IMG/VR virus record: IMGVR_UViG_3300044676_005142
Coordinates: 1 to 39,346 of that record
Strand: one strand, 5' to 3'
From: a virus
Taxonomy: Duplodnaviria; Caudoviricetes
Length of the DNA stretch: 39,346 nucleotides
Both the position numbers and the translations under genes were made by a program. The stretch's first letter is position 1. Each line of letters opens with the position of its first letter. The notes below the pieces were generated by a model. It did no database searches and was not told the DNA's origin. It saw nothing but the letters and a program-made list of their open reading frames with translations. Positions 25,733 through 34,403 of the stretch are shown piece after piece.

Positions 25733-27465
25733 TGGCTACAACCAGCATTGACTACAAACATCCTTATGCCTCACTGCAGTGGCTACACCTACCAACTGGC
25801 GGTAGTTGGCAGGACGCCTCACTGCTGTCAGGTTACGTTGGCGGCCAAGGCACAAAAACGCTTGAGATAAGCAGCGCCACATCAGAGGAAACGGGCTTCC
25901 TGAAATGCGTGCTAACTAATCCAGCCGGTGGCACTGTCGAGAGCGATCCAGTCACGCTTACAGGTGAAGCACAAGCGCCTAGCATCACTGTTGGGATCAT
26001 CAACAAGACGCCCTATGAGGGCGAGAGCGCCGTATATGGTCCAATCACAGTAACAGGCTCACCAGCGCCTACGCTGACTTGGGAGGCTGAGACGGCCGAC
26101 GGGAATAACAACTGGGCAGACGCAGATACAGTATTTGGCGCTGATGGCAGCGGGCAAGCCACAGACACTTATACCATAGCGAATACCCAGCCCGCGGATA
26201 ATCGTGATGTCCGCGTGCGGGCCACGAACACAGCAGGCGAAGACATCAGCCAGGCGGCGCTAACGGTGACACCTACGCTAGCGTTTGTGGGTGCAGAGCC
26301 AACGGATAAGACGATATCGGCTACAGGAGCGTCGGAATATCTGCACGATTTCACCACCAAGCAGATAGGCGCCTGGACCCACACGCGCACCAGCGTCGCA
26401 ACGGCGCCCGATGAGTCGGGTGTTATCCAGACCTATGCGAGCGGTGAGCCTGCCTGGTATCGGGACCAGGGTTTGCAGTTGGAGGATTCGAGCACCAATA
26501 AGGTTGACAGTAGTTCGCTTACTGGTGGGAGTTGGATCAATAGCGGCGCAACTATCTCTACTCACGGGACGATATTGGACCCTGCTGGAGACCCAGCGCA
26601 GGACGTTGCAGACAATGGGGTAAATAGTGGCGTAGTGTATTCGAGCGTGTATTCTGACGCGAGCGACACGGCGAGCATCTACGCAAGGACAGTTTCAGGA
26701 AGTGGAACCGCGCATCTGCTTGCTGGACGAAACAACGCATCACCTAACCTCGAGACATTAACCGATGCGTGGCAGCGGTTCGATTATACGATGCCTGATG
26801 AATGGCTACATGCTATCGACTATCGCTCCGGTTCGGGTGGTACCCCGTCGTTAGGTGAGGCACTGCTAGCATTTCCCCAGACTGAAGCGAAAACCTTTGC
26901 CACGAGCTACATCCCAACATCAGGTTCAACAGTTACCCGCTCCGCCACTTTCTGCTCTGCGACCTTTGCCGAGCTGGGCGCACCGTTGCCAGCGGGCGGG
27001 CTGACGAATGATTTTTGTTTTCAGCTTGTTGTATCTTTCTCGGAGGATTGGGAAGACATACCGATTAGTGGTGACAGGCTATTAAGTATTGCTGGATCAG
27101 AAAGTAGTCGGTGCGCCCTAACAAAGTCCTTTGCTGATCGGTGGACGTGGGAGACTTATGACGTATCGAGGGGTGCGCAGAGTTGCTTTTTCCTACAAAG
27201 CGAGTGGGTTGATACCGTTCCTAAAGCGGGTGAGGCATGGGATTTCAGGGTAAGAAACTCATCTACGAGCGGGTGTACGGTGTGGATGCTGGGGGCTAAG
27301 AGGGGCAATGTGAACGACACGCAAGGATTGCCCACAGATGGCGTTGATACGGTTGACTTGGGTTCGCATATAGGTGGCATTAACATATTTTCAAGTGTCA
27401 GAGTCCACAAGTTCCGCATAGTCCCCGAAGCACTCAGCGACGAAGACATTGAGGCATGGACTTAA
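25732..27465 (+). CDS. Ig-like plus head-spike-fibre-like protein, paralogue of the middle of the 1804-aa protein
   Basis: Shares WTHTR, GLQLED..TN, TSYIPT..VTR.AT, PLPAGG..NDFC and I.P.AL.DE.IEAW with the large protein. Confidence 0.75.
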   Translation: MATTSIDYKHPYASLQWLHLPTGGSWQDASLLSGYVGGQGTKTLEISSATSEETGFLKCVLTNPAGGTVESDPVTLTGEAQAPSITVGIINKTPYEGESAVYGPITVTGSPAPTLTWEAETADGNNNWADADTVFGADGSGQATDTYTIANTQPADNRDVRVRATNTAGEDISQAALTVTPTLAFVGAEPTDKTISATGASEYLHDFTTKQIGAWTHTRTSVATAPDESGVIQTYASGEPAWYRDQGLQLEDSSTNKVDSSSLTGGSWINSGATISTHGTILDPAGDPAQDVADNGVNSGVVYSSVYSDASDTASIYARTVSGSGTAHLLAGRNNASPNLETLTDAWQRFDYTMPDEWLHAIDYRSGSGGTPSLGEALLAFPQTEAKTFATSYIPTSGSTVTRSATFCSATFAELGAPLPAGGLTNDFCFQLVVSFSEDWEDIPISGDRLLSIAGSESSRCALTKSFADRWTWETYDVSRGAQSCFFLQSEWVDTVPKAGEAWDFRVRNSSTSGCTVWMLGAKRGNVNDTQGLPTDGVDTVDLGSHIGGINIFSSVRVHKFRIVPEALSDEDIEAWT

Positions 27466-27737
27466 TACTCGCGATACTACTGTTTTGGGATGCGCCGACC
27501 ACGCGCGAGGATGGTATGCCCTTATACAGCAATGAGCTGTCGCATTATGAAATGTACTACAACGGCGCATACTACGATCAGACAACCGACACACAGATGG
27601 ACGTGACGGGCTACGGTGATTTTAAAGTCCGGGCCGTGGATACCGAAGGCCAGGTTAGCGATTTCAGCAACACCGTTAGCGTGACGCGGGAGAAAGGCAA
27701 GCCAGGCGCGCCTGGGCAATTGAGGAAAAACCAGTGA
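27456..27737 (+). CDS. Small fibronectin type III-like protein
   Basis: LFWDAPTTREDG.PL...LSHYEMYY...VRAVDTEG.VSDFSN. Confidence 0.75.
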   Translation: MDLILAILLFWDAPTTREDGMPLYSNELSHYEMYYNGAYYDQTTDTQMDVTGYGDFKVRAVDTEGQVSDFSNTVSVTREKGKPGAPGQLRKNQ

Positions 27738-27826
27738 GCATCAAATTAACGACAATCGCGAAAATCTATTTGGTGCTGGGTTCTGGGATGTTTATTGCGG
27801 GTTTTGTGTGGGGGCTGATGCAGTGA
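27734..27826 (+). CDS. 30-aa single-TM micropeptide
   Basis: MSIKLTTIAKIYLVLGSGMFIAGFVWGLMQ. GAGG RBS and GTGA overlaps. Confidence 0.5.
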   Translation: MSIKLTTIAKIYLVLGSGMFIAGFVWGLMQ

Positions 27827-27888
27827 GCTGGCATGAAGGACTGGGGATGGGCATAACAATTCTTATGTTTGCGGTGATTATCTTATGA
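27823..27888 (+). CDS. 21-aa hydrophobic micropeptide
   Basis: MSWHEGLGMGITILMFAVIIL. GTGA and ATGA overlaps. Confidence 0.4.
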   Translation: MSWHEGLGMGITILMFAVIIL

Positions 27889-28457
27889 GTATTCCTGGCT
27901 ACAATTTTTGGTGCACGATGTCAGAGGCGTACAAGGCCGAGCTCTGGCCTTACGTGAAATGGCACGGCGGACAGCAGTTCGACGAGAACGGCGATCCGAT
28001 ACCTGAGCCGGTGCCTACTGCATTTCCCACGATAGCGACGATCAGCCAGGGCACGGTGGACCTGTTCAACGAGATTCACGATGCCGACGCGGTGGAGCGC
28101 CTGTTCAAGTCCTGGGATGCCGCCGGGCGCACGTATAAGAACTGGTCTTGCTACGCGAACAAGCCGACAGGCGTCCCGCAGATACGCGCCGACCTTGATG
28201 CGCTGATCGCTGCAGACCCTAACGACTTCAGTATATCGGGTGCGTGGTCGTGCGCTGACGGGCAGGAAGTCGGGCAGCCGGTGTGGTATCCAATACCCCC
28301 GCAGATCGTTAATTTTATGCCGGACATTATGACCGACCCGGGCGATCCCGAAGCAGACCCAGTAGTGCCGCCGACGTATGTTCCGGCAACGCAGCCAACC
28401 GACGTGAACCTGTTAGCAGGCCAAGCGCCGCGATCATTCGGCAGTTTTACAGGATAA
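27885..28457 (+). CDS. Hypothetical Pro/Asp-rich protein
   Basis: 190-aa ORF in the late operon, just before the portal. Confidence 0.7.
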   Translation: MSIPGYNFWCTMSEAYKAELWPYVKWHGGQQFDENGDPIPEPVPTAFPTIATISQGTVDLFNEIHDADAVERLFKSWDAAGRTYKNWSCYANKPTGVPQIRADLDALIAADPNDFSISGAWSCADGQEVGQPVWYPIPPQIVNFMPDIMTDPGDPEADPVVPPTYVPATQPTDVNLLAGQAPRSFGSFTG

Positions 28458-28469
28458 GAGGCAATAACC

Positions 28470-30512
28470 ATGGCCGGCGAATTAAAGAACCTGACGACGG
28501 TACTTGACCAACAGATAGTCGAAGCCGATACCCGAAACTCCGAAGTAGGGAGCCAGCGGGAAAGGAACCACGTCTATTATGCAATGGGCGCAATCGGTAA
28601 CGAGCAGCCAGGTCGCAGTCGGTACGTTGACCCGGCGGTCATGGACACGGTTGAGTCAAAGAAGGCATTTTTCCGCGAGACGTTTTTCAGCGGCCGCAAA
28701 ACCGTTAAGTTTGTGCCGACCGAGAATGAGTCACAGCAGCAGGCTGACGCCAAAACCGCCTACGTAGAGCGACAGCTCCAGGAAAACAGCTGGTTTCAAC
28801 TGATGCGCGATTGCCTGCATGACGCATTCGTAGCCAAGCGCTGTGTGTTGCATATCGAGTGGGAGGAGGATGAGGACGCGACCATCCTGCAGGCGGTACA
28901 GTCGGCGCCAGAGCACCTGCAGTGGCAGATGTCGCAGATACCGGACCTGATCGACGCGGATATGTCGGCGGTGCAACAGAACCCTGACGGGACGCTGACG
29001 GGCAATGTGCGCCTGATCTCGGACAGCAGTCGGGTGAAAATGCGCCTGATCGCGCCGGAGCGATACTACCGAGACCCGTATGCCGACTACCCGGAGAATT
29101 GCGCCTACATCAGCTTTAACGATGAGGTCACGCGCGCGGAGTTACTACGCCAGGGGATTGACCCCGAGCAGGTAGACACGCTGGCGAACGAATACCGGCA
29201 CCGGAACGACGAGGAAGACAACGCGCGTAAAGCGCACGATGGCTCATGGACCCGGCAGCGCAAGTATTCTCGAGTGGAAGAGCTGGAGCTCATTACCACG
29301 TACTGGACCTACACCTGGCTGGACCTGTCCGAGTATCTGGACGGGGCGCCGGAAGAGCCGCGCCTGTACAAGATACGCTGGGCCAAGGGTGAGGTGCTGC
29401 AGTATGCGACCGCCGACGGTGAGACCCGCTACGCGATTGACGAAGTATCCGAGATGCCATTCTTTGAGTGGACCCAGTACAAGATATCGCACGCCAGCAA
29501 CGGTATGTGCGATGCCGACGTCCTGGCGCCGCTGCAGAAGCAGTTATCCACGTTCAAGCGCCTGATCATCGACAATCAGCAGATGGCGAACACGTCGCGC
29601 TGGCTCGTGCAGACGGGTGGCGTAAAGAACCTGCGCTCACTGCTCGACACCACCATCGGCGGCGTGATCGAAACCCGCAGCCCCGATGCTGTGCAGCCGC
29701 TGCCCCCGCCCCCGCTGAGCAACGCAGCGCTCCCGGCTATCGAGCTATTGGAGACCGACAAAGAAGCCCGCAGCGGCAATACCAGGCTGAGCAAGGGCAT
29801 GAACAAGGACGCGATGAGCGAGCAGAATGCCGCATCGATGATCGAGAAACTCACCACCAGCGCCAACAAGCGCATTGCGGGTGAGGCCAGGGACTTTGCC
29901 GAATCCTTCCTGGTGCCGATCATGCGTCACATTTACCGCCTGGGTGTGCGCCATGATCACCGCGCGTACCAGCTGGAGGTAGGCGGCAAGCAGATGCAGG
30001 CGGCGCCACAGCAGTGGTCGGAGCCGGCTCCGTTTGCTGAGGTTGTGGTAGCACTGACGCCGGATGAGTCTGCCAAACAGGCGATGGCGTTAATGCAGAT
30101 GCACGGGCTGCTGTCGCAAGACCCGGCACTGGCCATGATGTACGGCATGGCCCAGAAGCACGCGATGGCCGACGAGCTGTTCGACTTGATGGGCGTGAAG
30201 GATGCGTCCCGCTTCCTGATGTCGCCAGATTCGCCGGAGTTCCAGCAGCAGATGCAGCAACAGCAGCAGGAAATGCAGATGCAGCAACAGATGCAGATGC
30301 AGCAGATGCAGATGCAGGCACAGCTGATGCAATCGGCCGATCAGCGCGAATGGCAGCGGGTACAGCACGCGGATACTGAGACCAAGCTAAAAGTGATGGA
30401 CACGGCCAGCGACAATGACCGCGAGGACGAAAAGCTGGAGCACACCAAAGTGGTGGACTTCGCGAAACTGGGCATAGAGAGAGGAAAGCTCAATGCGTCG
30501 GGTACTACCTGA
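28470..30512 (+). CDS. Portal protein (P22/SU10-like)
   Basis: GRSRYVDPAVMDTVE, LQKQLS..KRLIIDN, KEARSGNTRLSKG, Gln-rich C-terminal tail. 680 aa, upstream of scaffold and capsid. Confidence 0.92.
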   Translation: MAGELKNLTTVLDQQIVEADTRNSEVGSQRERNHVYYAMGAIGNEQPGRSRYVDPAVMDTVESKKAFFRETFFSGRKTVKFVPTENESQQQADAKTAYVERQLQENSWFQLMRDCLHDAFVAKRCVLHIEWEEDEDATILQAVQSAPEHLQWQMSQIPDLIDADMSAVQQNPDGTLTGNVRLISDSSRVKMRLIAPERYYRDPYADYPENCAYISFNDEVTRAELLRQGIDPEQVDTLANEYRHRNDEEDNARKAHDGSWTRQRKYSRVEELELITTYWTYTWLDLSEYLDGAPEEPRLYKIRWAKGEVLQYATADGETRYAIDEVSEMPFFEWTQYKISHASNGMCDADVLAPLQKQLSTFKRLIIDNQQMANTSRWLVQTGGVKNLRSLLDTTIGGVIETRSPDAVQPLPPPPLSNAALPAIELLETDKEARSGNTRLSKGMNKDAMSEQNAASMIEKLTTSANKRIAGEARDFAESFLVPIMRHIYRLGVRHDHRAYQLEVGGKQMQAAPQQWSEPAPFAEVVVALTPDESAKQAMALMQMHGLLSQDPALAMMYGMAQKHAMADELFDLMGVKDASRFLMSPDSPEFQQQMQQQQQEMQMQQQMQMQQMQMQAQLMQSADQREWQRVQHADTETKLKVMDTASDNDREDEKLEHTKVVDFAKLGIERGKLNASGTT

Positions 30513-30571
30513 TTTAGAAGCGATTAAGCGTAATCACGCCGTTTACGGCAAGGCCAAGAGGGATAGAGATA

Positions 30572-30919
30572 ATGACCCGCAATTCAAACGGCAACGGCAG
30601 AGAGAGATCAGCGCCAGCCACGTCCAGCGACGAGCAGATGAGCTTGCAGCAACTGCTGACTCTGGGGCAGGAGTCAGCGCGAGCGCTCCAGAACCAGAGT
30701 GTGGAAATAGCGCTCCAACACGCCGTAAGAGTCCTGCAAGACGAGTGGGCGGAAACAAAGCCCGAGGAAGTAAAAAAGCGGGAGGGGCTGTTTCTTGAGC
30801 TCCAGGGTCTAAAGCGATTTTATAGCAGCATGACAGGTTTTGTTGCGCAGGCGCAGGGCATTGCCGATCAGCAGCGCCAGCGCGAATTGCAGCAAGAGCA
30901 AGAATACGCACAAATTTGA
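30572..30919 (+). CDS. Hypothetical helical protein between portal and scaffold
   Basis: G..ARAL......W..T.PEE..KREGL pattern. Position conserved in podovirus head modules. Confidence 0.7.
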   Translation: MTRNSNGNGRERSAPATSSDEQMSLQQLLTLGQESARALQNQSVEIALQHAVRVLQDEWAETKPEEVKKREGLFLELQGLKRFYSSMTGFVAQAQGIADQQRQRELQQEQEYAQI

Positions 30920-30942
30920 GCCATTGACAGCGAGAGAGTATT

Positions 30943-31968
30943 ATGGCAACAGAAGATAAGGCCAACCCCGTGACCGGGGAGCCATCTATGTCGTTTCGAG
31001 AGGCAAAACAGCGCGAGCTGATATCGGAGCTGAACGCCAGCCAACCCGAGCCCGAAAACGACACATCACCCGCCGGTGAAATCGGTAACGATGAAGCACC
31101 GGAGCGCGAACCCGAGGAGGTTGCGGCGGAGGACTCTGTGGATGACGCAGAGCAACCCGAAACCGAAGCTGACGAGGATGCGTCTGACGACGTCGGGGAA
31201 ACCGACGATGACGAGAACACCGAATGGACTGCACGCGAGCAAGAGCTTGAACAGAGAGCGGAGCAAGCTGAAGAAGCGCGTAAGTCGATGGAACGTGACT
31301 ATCGTCGAAAGACACACAAGCTCGCAGAAAGCGTGCGCGCAGTAGACGAAAAGGTCAAAGAGGTAGAATCGACCGCCGAATACTACGCGACCCAGGCGAA
31401 ACTGCAGGTTGATCAGTTCCAGAGTGTTAACTGGCAACAATTGCAGACCGATCCGCAGCAGTACCAGCAGGCGCAGCAGGCGTTTATGCAGGCGCAGCAG
31501 CAGTATCGGCAACGCATGGGTGAGTTGAAGCAGATTCAGGAGCGTAGCAAGGCTATGCAGTCTGAGATGAGCAACTCAATCGCCGAGCACAGCAGAGGTG
31601 TCCTGGCCCACCAGATACCTGATTGGGGTGGCGAGGTTTACCAGAAGCTGCGCGAGTTTGCGGAACGTGAATACGACTACACTGGCGAGCAGTTCGATGA
31701 AATTGTGGACTGGCGCCCCATGAAGATGCTGTACGACGCCTACAAGGCCGACGGTATTAAGCAGGGCGCAGCCAAGACAGTCAAAAAGGTAGGGCGGAAG
31801 CAGGGCCGGAAAGCACCCGGCAGGACTGCAGACGGACAACCGCGCAATGCAGCGGGCCAGTTCCAGAAAGCGCGGGAAACCGCATTTTCCAACCCTGGCG
31901 ACCGTAGCGCATTCCGTGAGTTCCAGAACCAGCGCCTGCAGCGTGAAAAAGGTCGCGGCCGCCGGTGA
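30943..31968 (+). CDS. Capsid scaffolding protein
   Basis: Acidic N-terminus, DYRRKTHKLAE, NWQQL..DP..Y, IPDW, basic C-terminus. Directly upstream of the capsid gene. Confidence 0.85.
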   Translation: MATEDKANPVTGEPSMSFREAKQRELISELNASQPEPENDTSPAGEIGNDEAPEREPEEVAAEDSVDDAEQPETEADEDASDDVGETDDDENTEWTAREQELEQRAEQAEEARKSMERDYRRKTHKLAESVRAVDEKVKEVESTAEYYATQAKLQVDQFQSVNWQQLQTDPQQYQQAQQAFMQAQQQYRQRMGELKQIQERSKAMQSEMSNSIAEHSRGVLAHQIPDWGGEVYQKLREFAEREYDYTGEQFDEIVDWRPMKMLYDAYKADGIKQGAAKTVKKVGRKQGRKAPGRTADGQPRNAAGQFQKARETAFSNPGDRSAFREFQNQRLQREKGRGRR

Positions 31969-31988
31969 TGAATAGATAGGAGGCTAAA

Positions 31989-32275
31989 ATGCCTGGTTTT
32001 CATACTTACGAACAACTCCGTCAGGCGGAAGATGTTCAAGACATGATATACATCGTTTCACCGGTTGATAATCCGGTGGCGAGTATGTCGAAAACAATTC
32101 GTGCGACTGGAAAGCTGCACGAATGGACGGAAGATAAGCTGTTAGCAGCTGACAGCAACAAGGCGATTGAAGGCGCCGCTGCACCCGCTGATGTTTCGGC
32201 ACCCGTCACTGAGATGAGCAACTACTGCCAGATCATGACGAAGCGGGCCGAGATCACTGGGACACTGGAAGACGT
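31989..32275 (+). CDS. Major capsid protein (DUF5309/SU10-like), exon 1
   Basis: EDVQDMIYIVSPVDNP, HEWTEDKL, EGAAA, NYCQIMTK...ITGT. AGGAGG RBS. Confidence 0.9.
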
Positions 32276-33148
32276 TACTTTAGGCGTCCTCGCGGCGTAA
32301 TCCGCGTGACAAACCCCGTGAACTGCTGGAACCCTGTCAAATGGCGATCAGCAGCCAAGCTATCGAGGAATCGATGGAAGGTTCAGAGACTAGATTGTAC
32401 AGCCCCAATGTTACACATTATTCACGTCTTCAAGGCGGGAAATGTGGGATAATGGGCTATGTGAATCCACGAGTGCGGGGCAACCAAATGAAAACTTGTA
32501 AGGTGTGCAAAGAGGAGAAACCGCTTACCGCTTATTACAAGAACAAGCAGTTAGCCGATGGCGTGGAAAATCAGTGCAAAGATTGCCGCAAGGCAAAAAT
32601 GCGCGACAACCACAAAAACCCAGAAGTCAGGGCGGCAAAGACTGCTTATAGGCGCAAGCGACTGGAAGACCCAGAGTATGCAGCGAGCGAGGCGGCGCGC
32701 ATTGAGGCGTGGCGTCAGAAGCGAATGCAGGATGCTGACTTCCGCCAGAAGTGCGTTGATCGCGCTAGACGGTGGCAGAAGGCGAATCCTGGCAAAGCGC
32801 TAGCGATACAGCGTAAAGTGAACATTCAGCGAGAGATACGCCAGAAAGAAGCCACAGTGGAGTGGGCTGACACTGGATACATCCACGACGTTTACGCCAA
32901 CGCTCGCGAGTTCAACGATATAGCCAATGATATGGGGCTGACTGGCTCAACTTGGAAAATGGAAGTTGACCACATTGTTCCGCTTCAAGGCGATATCGTT
33001 TCTGGGCTTCACAACGAGCACAACTTGCAGGTACTGAACGCGAAAGCTAATCGGCAGAAAAGCAATGCGTTCGATGGTTGAAGATATAGTCCGATACTCC
33101 GTGGAAACGCGGAGAGTGCGGGATAAAGAGCCCACACATAACATTTTG
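32276..33148 (+). mobile_element. Group I intron 1 (873 nt) in the major capsid gene, carrying a homing endonuclease
   Basis: P1 GACGU/GCGUC with the U.G pair; P GAACTGCTGGAA; Q ATCAGCAGC; R TCAGAGACTAG (32383-93); S AAGATATAGTCC (33081-92); P3 CCCCGTG/TGCGGGG; terminal G. Splicing gives LEDV-EKYGRTSEMSYQL in frame. Confidence 0.9.
32488..33081 (+). CDS. Intron-encoded HNH homing endonuclease with N-terminal zinc finger
   Basis: MKTCKVC...CKDC and EVDHIVPLQG..VSGLHNEHNLQVL...NRQKSN. Lies in the loop of P8 (CAACCA/TGGTTG). Confidence 0.88.
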   Translation: MKTCKVCKEEKPLTAYYKNKQLADGVENQCKDCRKAKMRDNHKNPEVRAAKTAYRRKRLEDPEYAASEAARIEAWRQKRMQDADFRQKCVDRARRWQKANPGKALAIQRKVNIQREIRQKEATVEWADTGYIHDVYANAREFNDIANDMGLTGSTWKMEVDHIVPLQGDIVSGLHNEHNLQVLNAKANRQKSNAFDG

Positions 33149-33544
33149 CGAAAAGTACGGTAGAACCAGTGAAATGTCATACCAGCTTGAGCTGCGTTAC
33201 AGCGAACTGGCGAATGACGAAGAACTGGCGATCATGGGCAAGCCAGGCGGAACCCGGCAGACGGGTGACGCGGGATCGAGCTCAACCGCGCGAGAGATGG
33301 CGTCGTTGATCTCCCAGCTGGCTGCTGGAGTGCAGGAGGATGGCGCGCTGTACACGCTGATCTCCGATCTCGAGGCGGGCGTACTGGCGGCACACCTGGC
33401 TACGTATGAGTTGGGCGGTAACCCGAGCTATCTGGTGACCAACCCGGCAAATGCGAGCTACATTGCCAACTTTGCCTACTCGGCAGGACGGCAGCGTGAT
33501 CTGCGGAATGAAAAGCAACTCGTGAACGTTATCGAGCTGCTGGT
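33149..33544 (+). CDS. Major capsid protein, exon 2
   Basis: KYGRTSEMSYQL...ELANDEELAI, AREMASL, YELGGNPSYLVTNP. Confidence 0.88.
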
Positions 33545-33786
33545 CGATTTGGCCGCTTAATGGAGCAATCCATTATGTTATTACACCGTGAATTCGGGGA
33601 AGCCGTACAGGTAATCCCGAGCGAAGCCACCAGGGGACTGGTGGAACGTGTAGAGACTAGGGCATGGAGTCTAGAACAGACGGTAAAGCCCCAAGAGCGC
33701 GGTGCACCCCAAGCGGGTGAAGAGATAGTCCGACACTCCAGCGAAAGCCGGAGAGCGCAGGATAAAGAGCCTGCCGATAACAGTTG
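33545..33786 (+). mobile_element. Group I intron 2 (242 nt, no ORF) in the major capsid gene
   Basis: P2 TAATGGA-GCAA-TCCATTA; P GAATTCGGGGAA; Q AATCCCGAGC; R GTAGAGACTAG (33650-60); P3 CACCGTG/CGCGGTG; P8 CACCC/GGGTG; S AAGAGATAGTCC (33720-31); terminal G. Splicing gives VIELLV-NPYGELDVILDR. Confidence 0.88.
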
Positions 33787-34021
33787 CAACCCGTACGGCG
33801 AACTGGACGTAATTCTGGATCGCAACGCTGACGACAGCATGACGCTGTTGGACTTCAACTACCTGGCCACGCCGGTATTGCGTCCGACAACTGACTGGCC
33901 TTTGGCGAAGACTGGCGACAGCGAGAACCGCCAGATTCTGCGCGAGAGCACGTTTGCGGTGTTGAATTCTGAGGCACACGCAGCGGTAATCAACATACCG
34001 ACTAATTTGACGGTAAGCTGA
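33787..34021 (+). CDS. Major capsid protein, exon 3
   Basis: NPYGELDVILDR...LRP....LAKTGDSENRQILRESTFAVLNSEAHA, the typical C-terminus of this capsid family. Confidence 0.88.
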
Positions 34022-34026
34022 TGGAA

Positions 34027-34048
34027 CGGGGGTCAGCAATGGCCCCCG
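34027..34048 (+). terminator. Strong hairpin right after the capsid gene (terminator, attenuator or mRNA stabiliser)
   Basis: CGGGGGTCA-GCAA-TGGCCCCCG. No U tract. Confidence 0.45.
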
Positions 34049-34055
34049 ATCTACT

Positions 34056-34403
34056 ATGGCAGATAGACGTTTAATCAAGAATTACGGCGACCTGAAGCGC
34101 TGGCACTCCAGCGAGGATGGGAAGGATTACAGGGGTGTATCGCAGGACCTTGACCCGGTGTTCAAGCACGTTCGGTTCATGGACGATAAGATGAACCGGG
34201 CAAGCCGGGCAGATAACCCGAATCAGTGGAAGTCGATTGGCAGTATCCCAATGTCGATACTGATCGACTGGCTACAGAAGAACCATTACACAATGGATCA
34301 ATGGGCCACGAACGAAGACGGCGCCAAAACGAAGTTTCTGAAATTCATTAAAAAGCGCGAGTTTCACAAGCTGTTCGCGCATGATGTGAAGTTGGGCGTA
34401 TGA
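34056..34403 (+). CDS. Hypothetical post-capsid protein
   Basis: SQDLDPV...WKSIGSIPMSILIDW pattern. Position after the capsid gene. Confidence 0.7.
   Translation: MADRRLIKNYGDLKRWHSSEDGKDYRGVSQDLDPVFKHVRFMDDKMNRASRADNPNQWKSIGSIPMSILIDWLQKNHYTMDQWATNEDGAKTKFLKFIKKREFHKLFAHDVKLGV

Noticed and set aside
19332-27465. Diversity-generating retroelement acting on fibre genes
   Set aside because: No reverse transcriptase in the window, and I saw no near-identical repeat pair differing only at adenines.
30243-30332. CAG/ATG-rich low-complexity repeat
   Set aside because: Gln/Met-rich portal C-terminal tail, common in this portal class.
30493-30798. 101-aa ORF overlapping the portal end
   Set aside because: Alternative frame over the better-supported 30572-30919 gene, and its composition looks like a shadow ORF.
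32341-32487. N-terminal extension of the 246-aa HNH ORF
   Set aside because: Overlaps the Q, R and P3' intron elements. The zinc-finger domain starts at ATG 32488.
33560-34021. 153-aa ORF starting at ATG 33560
   Set aside because: Its first 76 codons are the ribozyme core of intron 2. Only the part from 33787 resembles capsid protein.
31989-34021. Capsid pseudogene, programmed frameshift or intein explanation
   Set aside because: In-frame stops and full group I core motifs are present, and precise removal restores the frame. No intein motifs.
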